Part shown: piece after piece, positions 49,062-59,143 of the stretch | Layout of the letters: the number at the start of each line of letters is the position of its first letter | Numbering within the stretch: the stretch's first letter is position 1 | NCBI GenBank assembly: GCA_021808105.1 | Contig: JAKBCC010000001.1 | Location: 32,753 to 96,752 of the forward strand | Source: Planctomycetota bacterium | GTDB taxonomy: Bacteria > Planctomycetota > Phycisphaerae > WQYP01 | Direction of reading: 5' to 3' | DNA: 64,000 bases | Translations under genes and position numbers: made by a program | The notes under the pieces: generated by a model | Databases searched by the model: none | What the model was told of the DNA's origin: nothing | The model's input: the letters and a program-made list of their open reading frames with translations, nothing else

Positions 49062-51281
49062 TCACGCCCGCGGGCAGCGGCGACGGGGAGGAATTGCGCC
49101 CGTGGCGCACTGGGCGTCGGCGACGGTTTGCACAACTATCGGCGGCTCGCCGGCCCGGCCACGAAACCAGCGGTTTAATAGGCGAATGTTGCGCCAGCGG
49201 CTGGCCGCTCTTTTTGCCGCCACGCCGGTATACAGGCGTTGATTTTCCAGCATCACCGGGATCAAATCCCGCAGTTCGGGATGTATTGCATTGAGGTAGG
49301 GCTGAATACTGCAGGCGCGGTTGGCGTTCCAGTTTTGATCCGTGCTGCGTGAAACGCTGGTTTTGCTGATGCGGTAAAACAGCAGCGATTGGGGAATCAG
49401 TTCCAGCTTATGCCCGGCCAGAACCGCCCGCGCAAAAAATTCCCAGTCTTCCTGATACCCGCTGAAGCGCTCTGCAAAACCGCCCAGCGATTCAAACATA
49501 CTTCTCTTCATCAGGCAGTGCACATCGCCAAAGACGTTGATAAATGCCCCAGCCGCAGCCGCCGGTCCCAAGGGCACCCACATGGGAAAAGGTACGCTGG
49601 GAGCAGGCGGGGACTGGCCTTCAAAAAGTGTCATTGTGGAAGTTACCACGTCGGCATGGGTTCTTTGCGCCACTTGCATGGCGCAGGCCAGCCAGTGCGG
49701 TGTTGCAATATTATCATCATCCATAAAGGCCAGATAATCGCCGCGGGCCACTCGGGCGGCGTTATTTCGCGCCCGCCACATGTATTGATTGTCCTGCCGG
49801 ATAATGCGCCACCCGCGCGAGGCAAATTCCTTTTCCAATGTTTTTAAAAGTGCCTGGGCCTCCGGTGATGGGCTGCCGTCATCAATCAGGATAACTTCAT
49901 AATTCCGGTAGCTTTGCGATTTAAGAGAATCCACAGCCTGCCGCAGTGTTTCCGGGCGATTGTAATGCACCAGACATACGCTGATCATGGGCATTGCGGC
50001 ATCGGCGGGAGGCGTATCGTCTGCGCCAAGCGGAATCACCGCGTTCCCGCTTGGTGGTGGTTTTGCACATACGAGGGCCTTGATCAGGAGTTGCCACTGT
50101 TCTGCGGTATTGGATGCCTCCAGGTGATAGGCCAATGGACTAATGCCATTTTGAATTGCGGATTGGATCTTCTGCGATAATGCCGGTGCGGTGGGGGTGA
50201 AGCAGAGTTTCTCACACACTTCATTTGTAACAAAATCCCGAATACCGCAGTGCTCCGGAATCAAAACCGGAATGTTGTCCGCCACACAATTTATAAGTAA
50301 TTGCGGTAGGCTTCCGGATCCTGGAGCAAAAATGGCAATGCGACCGGCACCGCGCAGATAGGCCAATTGCCGCTCCAGGTCCGCCTCCGCCAGAATGCTG
50401 AATCTACAGTCTGATCGGCGCAGTGTCTTGCGAACATACCAGTCGCCGGCCAGTTGCCTGACTTCCCCGATTGCACCGATAAAGGTGATCTTTAATTTTT
50501 TACAAAGCGGGGCGGGCAGCATTTTGATGGCATGGCAAAATAATTCCACGCCCTCGGCGGAATCCATTGCACCGGCAAAAACCAGCTCTGCCAGCGGTTG
50601 GGCGGCAGGGCCGGCCGGCAGGGGGGGCAGTGTTGCCTTTGCATCTTCAGATGGGCTGTATGAGATGGCCCGGGGCGTCGGCAATGGCGGAAGCACGGAA
50701 GTGTTGGCCGGCAAGATCCATCCATCGCTTTTAAGCCAGTCGCGTAATCCGGAGGTGCACACCACGGCCGCATCAGCCCGACGCACCATGTCGCGTTCCA
50801 TAAACATGACTTCAAGGGTCTCAACACTTGTGGGCATGGATTGCCGGGCGTGGTAGCGCCATTGCGTGGGAGCGGTTAAATACGTGACAAATTGTGTTTT
50901 TTCAAAGGCGATTCCCTGCTGCCGCGCAAGAACTGCGTAATAGGCTATGCCCTGCCAGGCGGGTGAAATCACGCAGTCATACGCAGTGGGGTGAAATTTA
51001 AGCCAGCGGAAAAATTCATAGCTGCGTCTGCGAAACCAGCCCCCGATAACCTGCGTTTCTGTAAGCCAGTCAAGCGTTATGACGTGCACGCCGGGCGGCG
51101 TGACCACTCCGGTGCGATGACCATGATCTGATTTTAAGGCCCCATCCCCGGAGATACACAAGGTAACGTCATGGCCGCCCGCAGCTAATACGCTGGCGGC
51201 ATTGATGCACGCCTGTGGGGCGTCATCGGAGTTGGCTCCCGCCGACACTGCGGGTATTGCGATGCAAATTTTTAAGTTCAT
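49062..51281 (-). CDS. two-domain glycosyltransferase (GT4-like N-terminal, GT2 C-terminal)
   Basis: Same architecture as 25584-27887. The GT2 region starts at ISVCLVHYNRPE with DD motifs. Confidence 0.75.
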   Translation of the reverse strand: MNLKICIAIPAVSAGANSDDAPQACINAASVLAAGGHDVTLCISGDGALKSDHGHRTGVVTPPGVHVITLDWLTETQVIGGWFRRRSYEFFRWLKFHPTAYDCVISPAWQGIAYYAVLARQQGIAFEKTQFVTYLTAPTQWRYHARQSMPTSVETLEVMFMERDMVRRADAAVVCTSGLRDWLKSDGWILPANTSVLPPLPTPRAISYSPSEDAKATLPPLPAGPAAQPLAELVFAGAMDSAEGVELFCHAIKMLPAPLCKKLKITFIGAIGEVRQLAGDWYVRKTLRRSDCRFSILAEADLERQLAYLRGAGRIAIFAPGSGSLPQLLINCVADNIPVLIPEHCGIRDFVTNEVCEKLCFTPTAPALSQKIQSAIQNGISPLAYHLEASNTAEQWQLLIKALVCAKPPPSGNAVIPLGADDTPPADAAMPMISVCLVHYNRPETLRQAVDSLKSQSYRNYEVILIDDGSPSPEAQALLKTLEKEFASRGWRIIRQDNQYMWRARNNAARVARGDYLAFMDDDNIATPHWLACAMQVAQRTHADVVTSTMTLFEGQSPPAPSVPFPMWVPLGPAAAAGAFINVFGDVHCLMKRSMFESLGGFAERFSGYQEDWEFFARAVLAGHKLELIPQSLLFYRISKTSVSRSTDQNWNANRACSIQPYLNAIHPELRDLIPVMLENQRLYTGVAAKRAASRWRNIRLLNRWFRGRAGEPPIVVQTVADAQCATGAIPPRRRCPRA

Positions 51282-51708
51282 TATCCTGTCCCCGTTTTCA
51301 GGAAATCTCTTCTCCCCCCGATACTATACCGCCCGCATGACGGTTAGGGTAACAGCGCAGCAATCCACACCGCATGTTAGCGGGCGTGGCAATATTTCCG
51401 GGCCACGCGCCGTGCGGGAAAACTTCACAAAGCCGCCGGCTCTGCCGGTGGTGGAACACCGGATAAAAGAATCTCTGGCGGGATCTTGGCGCGCCGGTAA
51501 ATAATGGTGTGCTTTCCGCCTGATTTGGCGTTAATGCGACCATGCCCGGAAAAATTGCAACCCCCATGTTAGCCGGCACAGTCATGTGCCGATGGAACGT
51601 GCCCGCTGTCACAGTAAGAAATAAGTGTTGATTGGCGAATCCTTGCTTTTCAGCGATAGTTGAAGATAATGTTAAATTCGTCAATGGAGCCGGGAAGCAC
51701 ATTGACAT

Positions 51709-51782
<74 letters not shown>

Positions 51783-52235
51783 TTTTTGCCGCAGGCAAAA
51801 ATAGAGCAGATGTTTGGAGAGTGAGTACAGAGTAGAGCACATAAGGCTGGGGCAAAAGGGTAGCTGTCGCTGAAACACAAACCCAGCTGGGGTCTACAGT
51901 CTATTTTGACAGTCTATTTTTATTGGCACGTCCCGGGGCTTCGATGAGGCCGGTATCCGGATGAGGCGTCGGCTCAAAGCATCCGCGAAATGCGATTCGA
52001 TGACACGATGTGTACAAGGAATCTTGCTTAGCGGCGCGTGCGTCCGCGATGGCTCCTGCCGACGGCGCTTTCCGGAATCATGTCGCGTGGCAGTCCGTGA
52101 CGCCCGGCCCTGCGGGATAATCAATTGAAATCAGGCCGTGTTGGCGCAACGCCTGAAGCAGTCCGCACGCCAGGAAATTGCGGCAGCGAGCGGAACCGAT
52201 TATGGCTTAAACTGTCCGGTAAAAGACCCGGCCTG

Positions 52236-52763
52236 TTATTCCGAAGCTGGTTCGCCACTATCGGCGGCCGGTGTCGCTGCGGACGATTCGTCGGAAGCGG
52301 CGGCTTGGCCTTCGGCGGATTTTTCGCGGACGACCCAAATCTTGATTTGGCATTTCAGGTCGCCGGCTAATTGAACGGGAACCTGGAAGGTGTCAATGCG
52401 GCGTAATGGCTCATCCAATCGCACGTCATCCGCTTGTACTGCGTGTCCAAGCTTCTGAAGTTCCTCGGCAATATCGCGGCGGGAAACGGATCCAAAAAGA
52501 TGTCCCTCTTCATTGGAGGCGCGGGCAATGGTGATTTCCAGGCCTTCCATGGCCAGAACCAGTTTTTCCTTCTGTTCGCGCAACAGCTTGAGCTTGGCGT
52601 CGTATTCTTTACGGGCGGCTTCATAGCGTTTGATGTTGCCGTCAGTCGGAGCCAGAGCCAGGTTGCGGGGCAACAGATAGTTGCGGGCATAGCCGTCGCG
52701 GACGTCCACGACTTCGCCAACGGTGCCGATGTTGTTAATGGTGTCGGTTAATAAAACTTTCAT
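52236..52763 (-). CDS. rplI: 50S ribosomal protein L9 with acidic C-terminal extension
   Basis: MKVLL..I..G..GEVV.V..GYARNYLLP N-terminus. Confidence 0.9.
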   Translation of the reverse strand: MKVLLTDTINNIGTVGEVVDVRDGYARNYLLPRNLALAPTDGNIKRYEAARKEYDAKLKLLREQKEKLVLAMEGLEITIARASNEEGHLFGSVSRRDIAEELQKLGHAVQADDVRLDEPLRRIDTFQVPVQLAGDLKCQIKIWVVREKSAEGQAAASDESSAATPAADSGEPASE

Positions 52764-52824
52764 AGTGTACCTCGATTATTTTAAATTTCTCTAACTTCTT
52801 GCAATTCCAAAATCATTCCTATGG

Positions 52825-53328
52825 TCAAAACGGGATGTCATCATCCCGAATGGGCGGAGCATCAACTTCCGGCGGCGGTTCGTCCGCTGGGGCGGGCCGG
52901 GCCGGTGCGGTGCGAGCTGCCGGGCGATAGGGCGGCCGAGGGGCCGGGGCACCACCGGATTCATCATCCGGGGCGGCGGAATCACCACCTCCGGCGGGAC
53001 GGCTGTCGATAAATTGGAATCCCTCGATGATCACCCGCATTCGGCTGCGTTTGGTGCCATCCTGGGCTTCCCATTGGTCGAGCTTCAGGCGTCCCTCGAT
53101 GAATACAGGTTTACCCTTGCGGAGGTATTTAGAAAGTGTTTCCGCCTGTCGGCCATAGGAAACACAATCGACAAAGGTGACTTCTTCGCGCGGCTGACCG
53201 TCCTGGCCGTTCCAGCGGCGATTGACGGCCAGGCCCATTTCACAAACGGGCGTCTGGCTGGGGAGAAAGCTTAACTGCGGATCGCGCGTTAAATTACCCA
53301 TCAGAAACACTTTGTTTAAGTTGGCCAT
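52825..53328 (-). CDS. ssb: single-stranded DNA-binding protein
   Basis: OB-fold N-terminus, Gly/Pro-rich linker, C-terminal DDDIPF tail. Confidence 0.9.
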   Translation of the reverse strand: MANLNKVFLMGNLTRDPQLSFLPSQTPVCEMGLAVNRRWNGQDGQPREEVTFVDCVSYGRQAETLSKYLRKGKPVFIEGRLKLDQWEAQDGTKRSRMRVIIEGFQFIDSRPAGGGDSAAPDDESGGAPAPRPPYRPAARTAPARPAPADEPPPEVDAPPIRDDDIPF

Positions 53329-53416
53329 ACCTGCTCCTGCTTATGCACCCGCGCCCGGGCGAGTGATTTTAGGATCACGTTCATACCGCCGTAATACCGC
53401 CGTGCAGCATAAGATG

Positions 53417-53890
53417 TTACTTGCCATCCGCAATATCAACGACCGTGTCTTCGATCGCATCGACGACCGGTTCTGCCGCCTCAGCGTGAGGCGCACGATC
53501 CCGATCGGGCCGGCGCGGCGACGTGTGGCGTCCGAAGTGATCTTCGATAATCGGTTGCTGGGGCACCATGGCCTCAACGTCCTTCAACGCCAGGTGTTCA
53601 GCCTTGATCACCAGTACCCGGAGAATATTTTCCGATAACTGGGAATCACGTTCAATGCCGGCGATCTTCGGGCCTTCGGCCTTGAAAAATACCAGAACAT
53701 ACACGCCGCGCTTGTTGCCCTTTACGGGAAAAGCCAGCCGCCGTTCATCCCATTTTTTAAGGTGTAAAATTTCAGCATTGGCACGGTGAAGAATATGTTC
53801 CACCTCTGCTTTTGCCGCATCCCAATTCCCGCTGGCGTAGCCCGCGTTGAGAAGAAACATTGCCTCGTACTGCCGGATATGCGTAGCCAT
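53417..53890 (-). CDS. rpsF: 30S ribosomal protein S6
   Basis: YEAMFLL and LAFPV S6 motifs. Start trimmed to the internal ATG (the ORF track adds a 23 aa non-homologous extension). Confidence 0.8.
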   Translation of the reverse strand: MATHIRQYEAMFLLNAGYASGNWDAAKAEVEHILHRANAEILHLKKWDERRLAFPVKGNKRGVYVLVFFKAEGPKIAGIERDSQLSENILRVLVIKAEHLALKDVEAMVPQQPIIEDHFGRHTSPRRPDRDRAPHAEAAEPVVDAIEDTVVDIADGK

Positions 53891-53974
53891 AAACGCTCCA
53901 AATCGCTCCAGACGGCGAGCAGCGCAACACGCGCCGCCATGGGTTTCACCGCCGGGCACAAAAATTCACTTCTC

Positions 53975-54565
53975 TCAGCCCTCGTTGCCGACGTTAAAGC
54001 GACGCATCGCTTTTTCCACGCCATGCAAAGCCCAATATTGTACCGCGTCCGCAGCCTGGCTCAAAGCGGTCTGCATCTCCGCCCATTGCCCGGGTGAAAA
54101 TGCCGACAGCACATAGGCCTCCAGCGGCACGCGGCCCGGCTCACCAACGCCGATTCGCAGGCGGGCATATTGCGTCGGCGGCTGGGCTGCGGCATCCGCA
54201 AACTGCCCCATGTGTCGTTGCACATCCGACAGGCCGTTATGTCCGCCGCTTGAGCCGCCGGCCCGCATACGAATCTTGCCGCAGGGCAGATATATATCAT
54301 CCACCACCACCAGCAGATCGGCCATGCTCAACGCATGAAATCGCATGGCCGCCGCCACCGATTGCCCACTGCGGTTCATAAACGTCGCGGGCTTCAGCAG
54401 CAGTATTTTCTCTTCGCCGACCATCTGGCAGCATAATCCGTCAAAGCCTGATTTCCAGCGCTGGCCGGCCTGCTGGGCCAGAATATCCAGCACCATAAAG
54501 CCCGCGTTATGCCGGGTGCGGGCATATTCCGCACCCGGATTCCCTAAACCGGCAACCAGTTTCAT
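53975..54565 (-). CDS. pth: peptidyl-tRNA hydrolase
   Basis: MKLVAGLGNPGAEYARTRHNAGF N-terminus. Confidence 0.9.
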   Translation of the reverse strand: MKLVAGLGNPGAEYARTRHNAGFMVLDILAQQAGQRWKSGFDGLCCQMVGEEKILLLKPATFMNRSGQSVAAAMRFHALSMADLLVVVDDIYLPCGKIRMRAGGSSGGHNGLSDVQRHMGQFADAAAQPPTQYARLRIGVGEPGRVPLEAYVLSAFSPGQWAEMQTALSQAADAVQYWALHGVEKAMRRFNVGNEG

Positions 54566-54685
54566 GCCGTCCTGCCTGTTGTTGTTTACCGGACTATTTC
54601 CGTATCTGGTATCCGCACCAGGTGCCGGCAAATCATGCGGCCAAGCCGGACACAATTAACCGGTACCTTGCGTATGTTCCAACAC

Positions 54686-55393
54686 TTATTTTTTCGCCGG
54701 TGCGTCCTTTTTGGCGGCCGGTGCGGCCTTCCCGCCGGCGGCTGCAGGCGCGGCGCCTTCTTCCGCCGGTTTCTTGCCAATAACTTCCGGTTCCGCCACA
54801 CCGGCAGCCACGGTGACTTCCGGTGTGACTTCCTTGACGGTCCGCACCTGACAGAGAATCTGGTCCGCCGGGTTCAGCAATCGGACGCCTGCGGGCAAGG
54901 GAATTTCTTTGGCATGGACCAAGCCGTGAATTTCCAGATGCTCCACATCAAAGCGAATCTTATCGGGAATTTCCAGCGGCAGAACTTCCACTTCCAGTTC
55001 GGAAATCTGCACTTCCAGGATGCCGCCTTCTTTGGCACCTTTGGGGGTGCCGCGGAATTCCACCGGCACTTTAACCCGGACCTTATGAGTAGGATCAATG
55101 CGCATGAAATCAACATGCTCAATAACCGACTGCAGATAATCATATTGCACATCCTGAATCAGGACGTGTTCAACCGATCCATTGAGTTTAATATCCACCA
55201 GATGCGCACCGGAGTGAATGGCGCGTTCGGCTTCCTTAGCGCCAAGTTCGATGGGCAGGTTCTCTTTGGCCAGTCCATAAACCACGCCGGGAATTTTTCC
55301 ATTTTCCCGCAAGTGCACAGCACCCTTGCGCCCCGGGGCGCTGCGGATATTGACTTCCAGTGTATGACGTTTGTGTTCAGTTGCTGCCACCAT
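54686..55393 (-). CDS. rplY: 50S ribosomal protein L25/general stress protein Ctc
   Basis: L25 N-terminal beta-barrel region, C-terminal Ala/Lys-rich tail. Gene order prs-ctc-pth as in Bacillus subtilis. Confidence 0.8.
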   Translation of the reverse strand: MVAATEHKRHTLEVNIRSAPGRKGAVHLRENGKIPGVVYGLAKENLPIELGAKEAERAIHSGAHLVDIKLNGSVEHVLIQDVQYDYLQSVIEHVDFMRIDPTHKVRVKVPVEFRGTPKGAKEGGILEVQISELEVEVLPLEIPDKIRFDVEHLEIHGLVHAKEIPLPAGVRLLNPADQILCQVRTVKEVTPEVTVAAGVAEPEVIGKKPAEEGAAPAAAGGKAAPAAKKDAPAKK

Positions 55394-55458
55394 GGCTGAT
55401 TCTCCTGATAAATGAGTAGTTGTTAACAAAACTTTCCGTTACATTCATTGAGCTATTT

Positions 55459-56442
55459 TTACCGCTTCCCGCCGTTACCGCCGTTATCAAACAATATGGA
55501 CACCGACTGATTCAGGTGAATGCGCTTAATCGCTTCACCCAGTAAATCCGCAACCGACAGCACCACCAGACGGTCACGTATGGGATCCAGTCGTGAATCC
55601 AGCGGAACCGTATCCGTGATAACAATTTTTTCGATGGAGCTTTTGGCCAGGCGTTCGATGGCGTTGCCCGCAAAGATGCCGTGCGTCGCGGCAATGTGCA
55701 CGGCCCGGGCACCGTGATCCTTGAGTATTTTGCTGGCTTCCGATACGGTTCCACCGGTGGTGATCATGTCATCAAACATCAGCACGGTTTTATCTTTTAC
55801 GTCGCCGACAATGGCGGACATCGTCACTTTGGTGCTCGAGTGCCGGCGCTTATCAATAAAGGCCAGATCGCCGCCGAGGACTTCCGCGTAATAACTGGCG
55901 GCTTTCAGATTTCCCGGATCAGGCGAGACAATCGCAATGCGCCCGAGCTCGGGCAGTTGTTTTCTATACCAGGCTACAAACACCGGCGAGGCCAGCAGAT
56001 GATCCACCGGCAGATCAAAAAATCCCTGTACCTGCGCCGCATGAAGATCCATGGCAATCACCCGGTCTACTCCGGCGGCGGTGATAATGTTGGAGACCAT
56101 CTTCGCGGTAATCGGTGTGCGCCCCTCACTTTTGCGATCCTGCCGGGCATAACCAAAATAAGGCACCACCGCGGTGATCCGCATGGCCGAGGCCCGCATC
56201 AGGCAGTCCACCCAGATCAGCAATTCAATAAGTGTGTCATTGACCGGCTGGCAGGTGGGCTGAACGATAAAACAATCGCGCCCGCGCACGTCTTCATCAA
56301 GTTTGACGATCAACTCGCCGTCGGGAAAACTTTCCGTGCGGGCTTTGCCCAGCGGAATGCCGATATGATCGCAAATGTTTTTCGTCAGGACCGGATTGGA
56401 CCGGCCGGCGAAAATTTTCAGCCCATGTTGCAGATCACTCAT
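55459..56442 (-). CDS. prs: ribose-phosphate pyrophosphokinase
   Basis: KIFAGRSNP..L...I....G.......FPDGE and the PRPP-binding loop DDMITTGGT. Confidence 0.95.
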   Translation of the reverse strand: MSDLQHGLKIFAGRSNPVLTKNICDHIGIPLGKARTESFPDGELIVKLDEDVRGRDCFIVQPTCQPVNDTLIELLIWVDCLMRASAMRITAVVPYFGYARQDRKSEGRTPITAKMVSNIITAAGVDRVIAMDLHAAQVQGFFDLPVDHLLASPVFVAWYRKQLPELGRIAIVSPDPGNLKAASYYAEVLGGDLAFIDKRRHSSTKVTMSAIVGDVKDKTVLMFDDMITTGGTVSEASKILKDHGARAVHIAATHGIFAGNAIERLAKSSIEKIVITDTVPLDSRLDPIRDRLVVLSVADLLGEAIKRIHLNQSVSILFDNGGNGGKR

Positions 56443-56599
56443 TGACAAACACCCGGGCGAATTATTTTTCGCCGTTCTCAAAACAAAACTTCCCCGGTGG
56501 CGCGTCGCCGCGCCATACCGAGTTTTTCTTCCATGACGCAAGGGCCTGTCGCACAGACACTTGAAATCCTTCGCGAATTTATGCGCTCAAATCCGCCCG

Positions 56600-57529
56600 T
56601 TACTCCGCAGGAAATTTCCCGCCACGGCCAATTACCGTCGAGGCCGCCACATGGCTGGCGGGTTCAATTTCCGCCCCGGCGCCGACCCATGCAAACGCCT
56701 CGAGCACAGTATCTTGACCGATTTTCGCCCCAAATTCAATCCAAGTGTTGTCCGGACTGACAATTGTTACGCCCGACTCCATCACGGACGCCTGAATTCG
56801 CCTCTGCATGACCCGGCTTACCAGGGCCAATTCCAGCCGCGAATTGATGCTTAAAATGTCCTCCGCAGGCACCGCCGCCAAGGCTGTGACCGTTCGGCCC
56901 GCGTGGCGCAAAATGGCCAATGTATCCGTCAAATAATATTCGCCTTTCTGATTATTGGGCTTAATATCATCTAATGACCTGAAAAGCGCGGTCGAATCAA
57001 ACAAATAATAGGACGGATTTACTTCATGGATTTCGCGTTGCTCAACAGATGCATCTTTTTCTTCCACAATGCCCAGAATTTCACCTGCACCATCACGGAT
57101 AATCCGCCCATAACCCTGTGGGTTATCAATCACGCTGGTGGCCAACGTCATGGCAGCGTTTTTGGCACGATGCGCTTCCAGGATTTGCGTTAGAGTCTGG
57201 GCACGAATCAGCGGACCGTCACCGGCGAGCACAAATACTTCGCCAACAAAATCATGAAACGCCGCCCGGCACATTTGCACAGCGTGTCCCGTGCCTTTCT
57301 GTTCCGACTGATGAACCCACACAATATCGCTTTGCCCCGCAAATTCCCGCATGACCGATTCCCGATCATGGCCCACCACCACAACGATTCGCTGCACACC
57401 GGATTGCCGTGCGGCATCCAACACATACGCCAGCATGGGTCGCCCGCATATTTCATGCAGGACCTTGACCCGTTGACTTTTCATACGCGTAGATTTACCG
57501 GCAGCGAGGATAATAGCGGCTAAGGGCAT
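56600..57529 (-). CDS. glmU: GlmU-like sugar nucleotidyltransferase, truncated LbetaH region
   Basis: AIILAAGKSTRMKS..PKVLH..G.PML N-terminus of the pyrophosphorylase domain. Only about 70 aa of the hexapeptide-repeat domain are present before the stop. Confidence 0.7.
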   Translation of the reverse strand: MPLAAIILAAGKSTRMKSQRVKVLHEICGRPMLAYVLDAARQSGVQRIVVVVGHDRESVMREFAGQSDIVWVHQSEQKGTGHAVQMCRAAFHDFVGEVFVLAGDGPLIRAQTLTQILEAHRAKNAAMTLATSVIDNPQGYGRIIRDGAGEILGIVEEKDASVEQREIHEVNPSYYLFDSTALFRSLDDIKPNNQKGEYYLTDTLAILRHAGRTVTALAAVPAEDILSINSRLELALVSRVMQRRIQASVMESGVTIVSPDNTWIEFGAKIGQDTVLEAFAWVGAGAEIEPASHVAASTVIGRGGKFPAE

Positions 57530-57613
57530 TCAGCACCAACAAGTAGTCATGAACAGTACGGCTGTTTTACCGATTGGGATATCCAGTAATGTACGGTTAA
57601 AAGATCGCATGAT

Positions 57614-58045
57614 TTAATTTGAAGTAGCACCCTTGTTTTCCGAGTGTCGCTCAAACAGGTTGGGCACCGGGGGTTCGATAGCAACGACGTATTCACCGAG
57701 GCTCTCTTCCCTCGGAGTTTCCAGGGAAAACCTTAGTTCGCCATGGGTGGCCAATACAAGATTTCCCAGATCCGCCACGATACGCGCCATGCGCTGCCCG
57801 GCGAAGCTAACCGATCCCGGCGATGACGCCAGAACAGCGCCATTCAATCGCACCGTTACATTCGCTGGAAAAGTATCCTCGTCGCCATTTCGCTTCTCAA
57901 GCACTGCCAGGACCATCAGACCCGGTAAAACCGCAGGCACACTGGCCAGTGTGAGCGAGTCTAATATCCCGATTGCAGAAGCGGCGTTGGAAAACGTATC
58001 CACAAGAACCTGTCGGCAAGCGACCAATAAGCGTACATCAGGCAT
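57614..58045 (-). CDS. hypothetical protein (third gene of the NlpC/P60-led operon)
   Basis: Start overlaps the upstream stop by 8 nt. Confidence 0.4.
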   Translation of the reverse strand: MPDVRLLVACRQVLVDTFSNAASAIGILDSLTLASVPAVLPGLMVLAVLEKRNGDEDTFPANVTVRLNGAVLASSPGSVSFAGQRMARIVADLGNLVLATHGELRFSLETPREESLGEYVVAIEPPVPNLFERHSENKGATSN

Positions 58046-58463
58046 TCGCCGCTCCCCAATGGCTGGCTGGCAATTGTGTTGCCACGATCTGCGGAGAGTG
58101 GAGCAATTCTTGAGGACTCCGCGTCTGTGATGACGGCACTATTCGGCTAAGCATGTAACCTTTGACAGCGCCAACCCAATGTAGGTCATCCGGTCCGCAG
58201 CGCCGGAGGGCACGGACGGCATCGGGGGTCTGCTTAATCCATAACGCAGCCATGATCAGGTAGAGCTTCGCGAGGTCGATTGGCTGGTCGGTGGTGCGGA
58301 TAGCCTCAAATTGGCCAATCAATGCCTCTACCGATTGCTCGTGCGCAAGCCTTTGAACCAATGCCAACGGTCGCAGGTACCGTGCAATGTAGCCCGGCGT
58401 ATTGGCATGAAGCACAATACTTCGCGCGTGCCCTAATTCCTCGGATTCATCAAGTACTTTCAT
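58038..58463 (-). CDS. hypothetical protein (second gene of the operon)
   Basis: Start overlaps the stop of 58450-59013 by 14 nt. Confidence 0.4.
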   Translation of the reverse strand: MKVLDESEELGHARSIVLHANTPGYIARYLRPLALVQRLAHEQSVEALIGQFEAIRTTDQPIDLAKLYLIMAALWIKQTPDAVRALRRCGPDDLHWVGAVKGYMLSRIVPSSQTRSPQELLHSPQIVATQLPASHWGAANA

Positions 58464-59013
58464 CTTTCACCCTGAAGAATTTCACCTTCGATTGGTTGTA
58501 TGGGCAGTCGTAAACACGGTGCAAAGCCTCCGAACCGGCTCCCCATTTACTGAATATCCATATTTCCGCCAAACGGCCCTGGCCATTCGCGGGTTTCACG
58601 TCAGCAACGACGCCGGAATGTTCCGCCTCGCCTTCAGCCGTTAAGTATAGTATGACATCACCGGGAAGTATATCCGGAAAAGGTATTTCGTGGAATCCAT
58701 CATCTTTCAATATCGTTGTTATCGACGCCGAATCACTCACGTTCGTGCGCCGCCCCGCAAATGTAAGGCCATGGCAATTATAAACCGGCGATCCCTGGGT
58801 GGTCCGCCATCGCACGTTGACCCATTTTTTATCGGCAATTACTTGACGGTTTTGACTCGCGATAAAAGGGGATAGATGCCAATCCTGCTGGTTTGGAATA
58901 TCCGTACCCTTCCGCGTGTGCAGCGTAATTCTCGAGCATGGCGGATTTCCAGATTGGTTAAGGATTATTGACACAGCCCGGTATTTCTCCCAAAATTCTC
59001 TTTGTTGAGCCAC
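58450..59013 (-). CDS. NlpC/P60 (papain-fold) cysteine hydrolase-like protein, no signal peptide
   Basis: Order and spacing YNCHGLTFAG (Cys), PGDVILY, HSGVVADV (His) match NlpC/P60/CHAP-like enzymes. Confidence 0.5.
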   Translation of the reverse strand: MAQQREFWEKYRAVSIILNQSGNPPCSRITLHTRKGTDIPNQQDWHLSPFIASQNRQVIADKKWVNVRWRTTQGSPVYNCHGLTFAGRRTNVSDSASITTILKDDGFHEIPFPDILPGDVILYLTAEGEAEHSGVVADVKPANGQGRLAEIWIFSKWGAGSEALHRVYDCPYNQSKVKFFRVKDEST

Positions 59014-59143
59014 CGCAAAGGCACGGCTCCCGCCGGTATCTCGGATGTCTGATCAACTGGAATCGAGTAGGCTCCGCTCCCGTCAACGCCAGAAAAATCC
59101 GATGGGACGACAGGTAACGCAGAGCAGTAGACCGCAGGAGGAA

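Noticed and set aside
51783-51803. Hairpin TTTTTGC-cgcag-GCAAAAA right after tRNA-Arg
   Set aside because: The stem is entirely A/T and weak. It may be a trailer processing site but not a convincing terminator.
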